Shown piece after piece: positions 60,674 through 64,000 of a stretch of 64,000 bases of DNA. The notes beneath the pieces are model-generated. The model ran no database searches and was not told the origin of the DNA. It saw only the letters and a list, made by a program, of their open reading frames with translations. The position numbers and the translations under genes were made by a program. The DNA comes from an uncultured Staphylococcaceae bacterium (GTDB taxonomy: Bacteria; Bacillota_I; Bacilli_A; RFN20; CAG-826): the NCBI GenBank assembly GCA_964386745.1, contig CAYLSZ010000001.1, positions 9,179-73,178 on the forward strand, given 5' to 3'. Numbering within the stretch: position 1 is the first letter of the stretch; the number at the start of each line of letters is the position of its first letter.

Positions 60674-63273
60674 TATAATAATTCCTTAATGACGTCGACG
60701 ATTAAATCTTTTTCGTTGACAATTGACCCTTGAGCGATGTCAGCTCTTCCGCCTCCATTTCCACCGTATCTTGTAGTGATAGTTTTTAGTAACTCATTAG
60801 CCTTAATACCACGTTCTAATTGGTATTTTCCACAAGCTACCATAAGTGACTTTTTACCCTCTTTTTCACCGACAAATATAATACAGTAATTATCCAAATT
60901 GTTCTTAACTTCATCTAAAATGAACATGACATCGTTGCGATCCATATCAGTAAATTTATGAAGTAAGACCTTATGAGCAGCAATTTCGATAAACTCTGTT
61001 TTTAAAGTTTTAGCCAGGTTCTGCAGGGTTTTTTGTTTATATTCTTCGATTTTTTTATTTAAGACTTTGTTAATATCGAAAAGTTCCATAACTTTCTTTT
61101 GAACGTCTAAGAAGTTTGGAGCGTTAACTAAAGCCTTAACTTTTAATAACGCTTTTTCTCTTTCCTTTAAATATCTATAAGCTTCAATTCCAGTTAAAGC
61201 AGTGATTCTTCTAACGCCACTAGAAATCGATTCTTCGCTATGAATTACGAATAATCCGATCTCTGAAGAATTTAAAACGTGAGAGCCTCCACAAAATTCT
61301 GTTGACACTTTTCCAAAGGAAACGACACGGACAATTTGGCCATATTTTTCACCAAATTCAGCAATTGCTCCAAGCTTCAAAGCTTCCTTAATTGGGAGCT
61401 CTTGAGTAACTCTAGGAATAGCCAATTGAATAAATTCGTTAACTTTTTCTTCAATCGTTTCAATCTCTTCTAAAGTTAATTTTCTATCAAAATTGAAGTC
61501 GAATCTAAGATATTTATCGCAAACAAAACTACCTTTTTGACGGACTTCTTCACCTAAAACTTCCATCAAAGCACTTTGTAATAAGTGAGTTGCTGAATGG
61601 TTTTTAATTATATCATTATGACGAATTTGATCGACTTTTAAAGTGAATTTATCGCCTATTTTTATCGTTCCTTTTTCAACTTTTACGTGATGTAAATGTT
61701 GTTTATTAGGAGCGCTAGAAACATCTAAAACTTGCGCGATAGTTCTCTTATTTTCGATAGTTCCAGCATCAGCAACTTGCCCACCTTTTTCAGCATAGAA
61801 ATTAGTAGTATCGAAAGCGACTTCTCCTTCATCTTCAATTACATCGACTTTGACACCATTTTTGAAAGTTCCTATAACTTTTGCGCTAATTTCTTTTGCA
61901 TCGTTTATATAGATAGATTCATCCTTAAAATTAAGTAAATCTTCAGATTGCTTGTTAAATGATTGTTGAACCTTTCTTGAATTACGAGCTTGTTCTTTTT
62001 GTTTTTCAAGAAGTTTATTGAATCCTTGCATATCGACTTCAATATTTAAGTCTTCACAGATTTCTCTAGTAAGCTCTATTGGGAATCCATATGAATCATA
62101 GAGTAAAAATGCGTCTTTTTCACTTAACTTTTTGGCTCTACTAACAATTTCGTGTAAGACTTTTTCGCCGACAACTAAAGTTTTGATAAATTTTTCTTCT
62201 TCGGATTTAATCTTTTTCTCAATCATTCCTTTTTTATCGACTAAATAAGGATAAAATCCCTTCATTACATCGATAACAGTTCCGACAAGTTTATATAAAA
62301 ATGGTTCATTGAGATTAATTTTTTGGCCATAGCGCATAGCTCTACGTAAAAGTCTACGTAAAACGTATCCTCTTCCCTCATTAGAAAAATCGGCGCCATC
62401 TGCTAAAGCAAAAGTACATGTTCTAATATGATCAGCAATAACTCTATAAGGCATTAAATTTTTGCCCTCATAAGGAGCTTTTGATAATTTTTCGGTTTCC
62501 TTAATAATAGGCATAAATAAATCGGTTTCGAAATTAGTATCAGCACCTTGAAGGATGCTTGCAATTCTTTCTAAACCTGCGCCAGTATCGATGTTTTTAT
62601 GTGGTAATTCTTTATAATTTGCCCTATTGACACCTTCTTCAGCGTTATATTGAGAGAAAACTATACCCCAAATTTCGATATAACGATCATTATCGATTTC
62701 TTCTTCTAATAATTTTAAGCCAAGTTTTTCAGGGTCATATTTTTCGCCACGATCATAAAAAACTTCGGTATTTGGACCACATGGACCCGAACCTATTTCC
62801 CAGAAATTTCCTTCTAATGGGATAAGATGATCTTTAGGAAGACCAACTTTTTGCCATAATTCATAGGTTTCTTTATCATCTGGATGATAGGTTGCATATA
62901 ATTTTGTAACGTCTAAACCAAAATATTTTTCACTCGTTAAAATTTCATAAGCCCGTGGGATAACTTCTTTTCTAAAATAATCACCAATCGAAAAATTGCC
63001 GAGCATTTCAAAAAAAGTATGATGACGAGCCGTTTTTCCGACGTTACTTATATCATTAGTACGAATACATTTTTGAACATTAACTATACGTTTACATTCA
63101 GGAACTTCACTTCCATCAAAATATTTCTTTAAAGAGCTAACTCCAGCGTTGATCCAAAGTAAAGTTGGATCATCGTGAGGGATTAAACTCGCTCCTTCTT
63201 CGATATGGTGTCCGCGTTCATGAAAAAAGTTTAACCATGTTTTGCGTATTTCTTGACTAGAAAGTTTTTTCAT
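60673..63273 (-). CDS. alaS: alanyl-tRNA synthetase
   Basis: 866 aa with class II motifs, an editing domain (HSATHLL...CGGSH) and a C-terminal DHHA1 domain. Confidence 0.95.
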   Translation of the reverse strand: MKKLSSQEIRKTWLNFFHERGHHIEEGASLIPHDDPTLLWINAGVSSLKKYFDGSEVPECKRIVNVQKCIRTNDISNVGKTARHHTFFEMLGNFSIGDYFRKEVIPRAYEILTSEKYFGLDVTKLYATYHPDDKETYELWQKVGLPKDHLIPLEGNFWEIGSGPCGPNTEVFYDRGEKYDPEKLGLKLLEEEIDNDRYIEIWGIVFSQYNAEEGVNRANYKELPHKNIDTGAGLERIASILQGADTNFETDLFMPIIKETEKLSKAPYEGKNLMPYRVIADHIRTCTFALADGADFSNEGRGYVLRRLLRRAMRYGQKINLNEPFLYKLVGTVIDVMKGFYPYLVDKKGMIEKKIKSEEEKFIKTLVVGEKVLHEIVSRAKKLSEKDAFLLYDSYGFPIELTREICEDLNIEVDMQGFNKLLEKQKEQARNSRKVQQSFNKQSEDLLNFKDESIYINDAKEISAKVIGTFKNGVKVDVIEDEGEVAFDTTNFYAEKGGQVADAGTIENKRTIAQVLDVSSAPNKQHLHHVKVEKGTIKIGDKFTLKVDQIRHNDIIKNHSATHLLQSALMEVLGEEVRQKGSFVCDKYLRFDFNFDRKLTLEEIETIEEKVNEFIQLAIPRVTQELPIKEALKLGAIAEFGEKYGQIVRVVSFGKVSTEFCGGSHVLNSSEIGLFVIHSEESISSGVRRITALTGIEAYRYLKEREKALLKVKALVNAPNFLDVQKKVMELFDINKVLNKKIEEYKQKTLQNLAKTLKTEFIEIAAHKVLLHKFTDMDRNDVMFILDEVKNNLDNYCIIFVGEKEGKKSLMVACGKYQLERGIKANELLKTITTRYGGNGGGRADIAQGSIVNEKDLIVDVIKELL
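61000..61045 (-). repeat. CTGCAG-core repeat, copy 13 (inside alaS, sense)
   Basis: Minus strand reads ACAAAAAACCCTGCAGAACCTGGCTAAAACTTTAAAAAC. Confidence 0.8.
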
Positions 63274-63282
63274 ATGATAGCC

Positions 63283-63459
63283 TCCTTAAAAATTATCTAG
63301 GAACGACTTTTCGCCGCGGTACCATCCTACTTTCTAGTAATTTACTAGACTCTTAATTTAGGTAAATAGTTTCTAAGGAAAGTGGCTCATATCTATCGTT
63401 CTTGTATATTTTCACCAGCCATATACTCTCTAAATAGACTCAATAGATATTTCTTTTTC
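63283..63459 (-). ncRNA. T-box riboswitch leader of alaS
   Basis: The minus strand carries the conserved T-box sequence AGGATGGTACCGCGG (plus coordinates 63313..63330). Upstream Stem I has an AGAGAG box and a GGCUGGUGA distal motif; GCU occurs in the putative specifier region. Confidence 0.75.
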
Positions 63460-63465
63460 GCGATT

Positions 63466-63494
63466 ATTATAGTGATTTTATCACTATAAGTAAA
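63466..63494 (-). promoter_or_regulatory. putative sigma-A promoter of the alaS T-box leader
   Basis: TTTACT, 17 nt, TATAAT, overlapping the 3' end of mnmA. Confidence 0.5.
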
Positions 63495-64000
63495 CTAATA
63501 ATTTTTGAGTTCATTTTTATAATAAACTTTGTCAATAATCCCTCCGCCTAGACATATATCTCCATCATAAAATACCGCCGCTTGACCTGGTGTAATAGCT
63601 TTATAAGGCGCATCAAAAACAACTTTTAGAGTCTCATCATCAATATTATAAATAGTCACTTTTAAATCCTTTTGGCGATATCTAAATTTAGCAAAAAGTG
63701 TAGTTCCATCCTGAATTTTTTCGTTAAATAGATTGAGACGATTAACTATACAATAATCGCTTAAAAGGTGTTCATCTTCATCGCCACTAGCGACGTATAA
63801 AATATTATTTTTAACGTCTTTACTACATACAAACCAGCCTTTAGCATCCATTCCCTTAATGCCACCGATTCCAAGTCCTCGTCTTTGACCGATTGTGTAA
63901 TATAAAACCCCGTCATGTTGTCCAATAACTTTACCTGAATTTATATCGACTATATCGCCTTTTTTAGCAGGGAGATAATTTTCTAAAAATTCTTTAAAGT
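63495..64000 (-). CDS. mnmA: tRNA-specific 2-thiouridylase MnmA, C-terminal part. The 5' end lies beyond the window.
   Basis: The frame stays open to base 64000. Hand translation ...GKVIGQHDGVLYYTIGQRRGLGIGGIKGMDAKGWFV... matches MnmA. Confidence 0.85.
   Translation of the reverse strand, partial: FKEFLENYLPAKKGDIVDINSGKVIGQHDGVLYYTIGQRRGLGIGGIKGMDAKGWFVCSKDVKNNILYVASGDEDEHLLSDYCIVNRLNLFNEKIQDGTTLFAKFRYRQKDLKVTIYNIDDETLKVVFDAPYKAITPGQAAVFYDGDICLGGGIIDKVYYKNELKNY

Overview
The window is low-GC (~30%) bacterial chromosome read in the standard genetic code: long intact ORFs such as alaS, dnaK and parC show TGA is a stop, so this is not a Mycoplasma. Gene order closely matches the Bacillus yqe/yqf/yrr region: yqeG-yqeH-yhbY-nadD/yqeK, then plsY-parE-parC, then cshB-nfo-ispH-nif3-trmK-sigA-dnaG-glyQS-recO-era-cdd-ybeY, then rpsU-mtaB-rsmE-dnaJ-dnaK-grpE-hrcA-hemW-lepA, then rpsT-holA-comEC-comEA, ruvX-alaS and mnmA. 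Sporulation genes are absent and several genes are fused or missing, consistent with a reduced Firmicute or Mollicute-like genome of the Erysipelotrichia/Acholeplasma type. It is almost all housekeeping: aminoacyl-tRNA synthetases, topoisomerase IV, the heat-shock operon with CIRCE elements, sigA-dnaG, ribosomal proteins and the MEP-pathway genes ispG and ispH. I found no rRNA, tRNA, CRISPR array or IS element. Two things stand out as non-housekeeping. First, a dispersed palindromic repeat of roughly 40 bp with an invariant CCCTGCAGA(T/A)C core flanked by A/T runs. There are 13 clear and 2 degenerate copies in 64 kb, in both orientations, in intergenic DNA and inside coding sequences in several reading frames. 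That pattern resembles a DNA-uptake-sequence-like element. Second, a conserved upstream element of roughly 45 nt with core AAACGTACTTGTA(A/G)GTGA(A)GGAGG. It sits immediately 5' of only three genes: comEA-comEC, a C39-peptidase-like membrane protein, and an orphan 171-aa ORF. Together these suggest an undescribed competence-associated regulon and uptake-signal system. Other points of note are a PD-(D/E)XK nuclease fused to a DinG/XPD Fe-S helicase that is translationally coupled to fmt, a fused nadD-yqeK gene, a T-box leader on alaS, and two CIRCE operators with a sigma-A promoter on hrcA.
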